DNA from: Paragordius varius
Lineage: Eukaryota > Animalia > Nematomorpha
DNA length: 64,000 bases
Assembly (NCBI GenBank): GCA_964247055.1
Contig: OZ176053.1
Coordinates: 7,874,001-7,938,000 of the forward strand
Direction: 5' to 3'
Below the pieces are notes generated by a model. The model did no database searches. It had not been told where the DNA came from and saw only the letters and a list, made by a program, of their open reading frames with translations. Both the position numbers and the translations under genes were made by a program. Below are positions 60,931 to 64,000 of the stretch, in pieces. Each line of letters starts with the position of its first letter. Position 1 is the first letter of the stretch.

Positions 60931-62214
60931 ATGAAAAAGATTAAAGAGCTTTTAAATGAACAGAAGATGAGTACAAAGTTTGCTAATGCCGGACGTGGTC
61001 AACGATTAAATGAGCCAAATAAAAAGTATATTATTTTTTATTTAAGGTATGTATTTAATGAGCCACAAACCTCCTCTGAATATTTTGATCGAAATTTATA
61101 TTTTGAAAGTCCGTATATAGAAGGAGAACCGATGTTATACAATGAACTTTTAAATAAAATCAGGGAATTTTCATTAACCAACTTAAGTACTAGCCCATTG
61201 TACTATTCTTGCCTTATCCTCAAAACATTCAATGAAAAATCCAATCAGGAAGAATGTTCTAAACTTTTTCAAAAATATATAAACAACATATTATCTGATC
61301 CTGAAAATTACAAATTTCGTGCCTTAAGGTGCAATAATACTGTGTTTAAAGATAAAGTATTGAAAACAACTGGGGCAAACGAATTTTTGGAAGCTTTTGG
61401 TTTTGTGCCCAAGATGTTACCATTAGATTTTTACAACCTAACGCCTCAAGAACAAGGGATGATATTGGATTCCGATACGACTTTTTCAGAAGATAAATCG
61501 GAGACTTTTTACGTCTTTTGCGAAAATTTACCTGTGGACGTTTTGACTGAGAAAATATCATTTGCCTGTGATTTATTAGAACGTACCAAACCCCTTCACT
61601 TAAATATATGTCGTGATGTTAGAGTTTATCATATTAAAAACATTTCTCCCAAATTCGAACCTCCAGATCAATTTTTTACCCATGGTATTGATGATTTGAA
61701 AAAAATATACGCCCATATGAAGCAAAAAAGGGATGATGATTTAATACTTAAGACCAAAGCTATGAGATTAGCGGAACAAAATAATAGTAACGAACCTACC
61801 AACAGCCAAACAAAAGATAAAAAAGTGTTGCAGTATACATTTATTCGCGTAAAATTCCCACAAAATCTAATTTTGCAAGCCACGTTTTCAAGCAATGATA
61901 AATTTGCGTCCGTTGTGCAATTTATACGAGAATCAACAAATGTTCCTACCATAATGCTAGATGATAAAAATAGTCCTGCATTCTCTATACTTACCACATG
62001 GGGCCAAAAATTATTTCCATATACGAATACCATTCCCTCAAAATCAAAAGATTCCCTACCTAAAAACCCAATAAATCAAACTCTTACCCAACTCAATTTG
62101 GTTCCAACTGCACAATTGATATTTCATCCCCATGTTGAATATTACAATAAAAACATTGATGAATATTATAGATATTTGAAACCAGAACTTCTAAGTCGTG
62201 TGCACGTTATATAA
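60931..62214 (+). CDS. UBXN6: UBX domain-containing protein 6 (UBXD1): PUB + UBX, 427-aa ORF
   Basis: N-terminal MKK...KFANAGRGQRL, PUB motif YINNILSDPENYKFRALRCNNTVF...GANEFLEAFGF, PDQFF, ILKTKAMR, UBX FIRVKFPQNLILQATF, LNLVPTA. Confidence 0.92.
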   Translation: MKKIKELLNEQKMSTKFANAGRGQRLNEPNKKYIIFYLRYVFNEPQTSSEYFDRNLYFESPYIEGEPMLYNELLNKIREFSLTNLSTSPLYYSCLILKTFNEKSNQEECSKLFQKYINNILSDPENYKFRALRCNNTVFKDKVLKTTGANEFLEAFGFVPKMLPLDFYNLTPQEQGMILDSDTTFSEDKSETFYVFCENLPVDVLTEKISFACDLLERTKPLHLNICRDVRVYHIKNISPKFEPPDQFFTHGIDDLKKIYAHMKQKRDDDLILKTKAMRLAEQNNSNEPTNSQTKDKKVLQYTFIRVKFPQNLILQATFSSNDKFASVVQFIRESTNVPTIMLDDKNSPAFSILTTWGQKLFPYTNTIPSKSKDSLPKNPINQTLTQLNLVPTAQLIFHPHVEYYNKNIDEYYRYLKPELLSRVHVI

Positions 62215-62333
62215 AAAATTTAATAGCATTTTGACTATATTTATGTAATTTATTTGTATAAATTATATTAACAAATGATGCTTTTTATCTTTAGTGCTGT
62301 AATAAATTCTATTCTAATTTATAATGAAACTTA

Positions 62334-63126
62334 TTATTTAGATAAATCGACTCCAAGCCATAAAGCTAGCTCTTCTTTCTGAAAAATTCCATCATGGTTT
62401 TTGTCGCACATTTTGAGCATGAGATTGCGGAATTTCTCTATTTCTTCCGATTTTTCAGATGCATCCACCTAATAATTTTATATTGAATATTTACATCAAC
62501 AGTTTTGAGCACATCCCTAATAAAAGCTAGCAGTTCGTTTTCTTCCAACAAACCATCGCCATTCTAATATAAAATAAAAGCAACAATTTACTTTTTATAT
62601 ATGTAGGAAAACTCTGATTTATATAAAAAATGATAGTATAATGATTGGAATTTTTAACACATTTTAAATTGTTTAACATAAAAACAATAAAACCCCTAGA
62701 TTTAAAAAAAATAATACAGTAAAGATGGATATTATACAAGCAATTAATATATATATATATATGGCTCATCTGCATCATTGGTTTTTTTAAAATATTTTTT
62801 AGCGAATGTAATTTTTGATACACTATCAAAAAAAATTTCAATAATACCCACAAGTACACGCAACTTTTAACGGTTTATTTTCAAAATTGAAAAATGGAAT
62901 ATTTAAAAAAGTTGATTATGATTAATGGGCATATTGTGGTACAAAAAATATTTACTATCAATTTAATTTGTGAAATTTAAAAGTGGTTAATTTGTTATGT
63001 ATTTGGGCAAACTGTTATGCGAAACCATGTTCATAAAAATTTCAATGCAAATATAACATTCAATGAAACCTTATCGTAATGATGAAAGATTGAGCAGAAG
63101 GTGTCAAATTTTAGGTCATAGTTATT
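62334..63126 (-). CDS. 3' end of a secretagogin/calbindin-like EF-hand protein; exons 63126-63070, 62563-62495, 62468-62334; the upstream part is unresolved or outside the window
   Basis: FHHYDK|NGDGLLEENELLAFIRDVLKTVD|VDASEKSEEIEKFRNLMLKMCDKNHDGIFQKEELALWLG: two EF-hands with a secretagogin-like C-terminus; last intron 26 nt. Absent from the ORF track. Confidence 0.85.
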
Positions 63127-63187
63127 CTTGTGTTTTCATAGGTGGATTCGGTAAAAACATTGTAAGAAAAATTTTGTTGATACATAC

Positions 63188-63226
<39 letters not shown>

Positions 63227-64000
63227 TTTTAAACATAGTAAGTATGTTGGGCAATTAAAGTAATAAATAACGAGAGCTATTACAGACCATTTCGGTATTT
63301 AAATTGGCTAATCCGATTTTTATTTAAATGTCTGTTGGTGTATATTTGATTTTCATTTTTATTAGTGACATCAAAATTATTTTCAATATGCGCGATATTG
63401 TATTTTTTATCCACAATTTTAATGTCTATAACCAAAAAAATGAAAATCATACATACCAACCAATACCTCCTTTACCCAATAAACCGAAATATTGAGCAAG
63501 TATTTATTTTTAATTAGAAATATAAATTAAATTATATTAATTCGGAAACCATCTTAAATTCTTATTAGGGTTGTGCTGGGGTCATGACTTGGTCAGTGAC
63601 TATTTATTTTTTGACCATTGTCATTTTAAAAAAAACAGCTGTTTTTGAAAAATTAGTGGAAATTTTTTGTAAAGTAAGATTTAATTGTTTTTTATATTTT
63701 TTAAAAATAAAAATTTATTTAAATATGCTTATTTAACAAAAAATTGTTAAACATGCTTTGTTATAACATTATCATATAAGAATATCTAGTTATTTCGAAA
63801 AACAAAACTATCAAGCACTTTGCAAAATATGCAATTATTCCATATATGTGAACCAATATTTTAAATAAACATTTTATAATTGGAAATTTAAATAATGAAA
63901 GAAATTTTAAAACAAACTAGGTAAAATTTTATTGGATATATCCAGTATTAAAAACTATGTTTGAAGATTCAGAAGGCCACAAACATGTGGCAAATTTATT

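Overview
Very AT-rich animal nuclear DNA; the species cannot be assigned from sequence alone. Seven host genes are visible: LRP5/6 (runs off the left edge), SPCS1, a small coiled-coil gene head-to-head with it, PUSL1, UBIAD1, CPSF6 (17.6 kb) and UBXN6, plus the 3' end of a secretagogin/calbindin-like EF-hand gene. The most striking property is the splicing architecture. At least 11 GT-AG introns of only 21-26 nt are needed or strongly implied to restore conserved reading frames, several at positions matching those I recall for human orthologues, and they sit alongside introns of up to about 9 kb. Tightly packed gene pairs are separated by transposon-filled blocks: two near-identical copies of one RTE LINE (one with an uninterrupted ORF and a TSD), a second RTE interrupted by a Buster-type hAT, three copies of that hAT with perfect 8-bp TSDs, a Tip100-type hAT, a composite Helitron, MITEs and a degenerate satellite. 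CPSF6 introns hold a Penelope-like remnant with a minimal hammerhead ribozyme, a 243-bp-arm fold-back and a candidate poison exon. LRP5/6 and UBIAD1 carry long Asn/Lys-rich insertions. No tRNA, rRNA or CRISPR array was seen. All gene models and alignments were done by hand.
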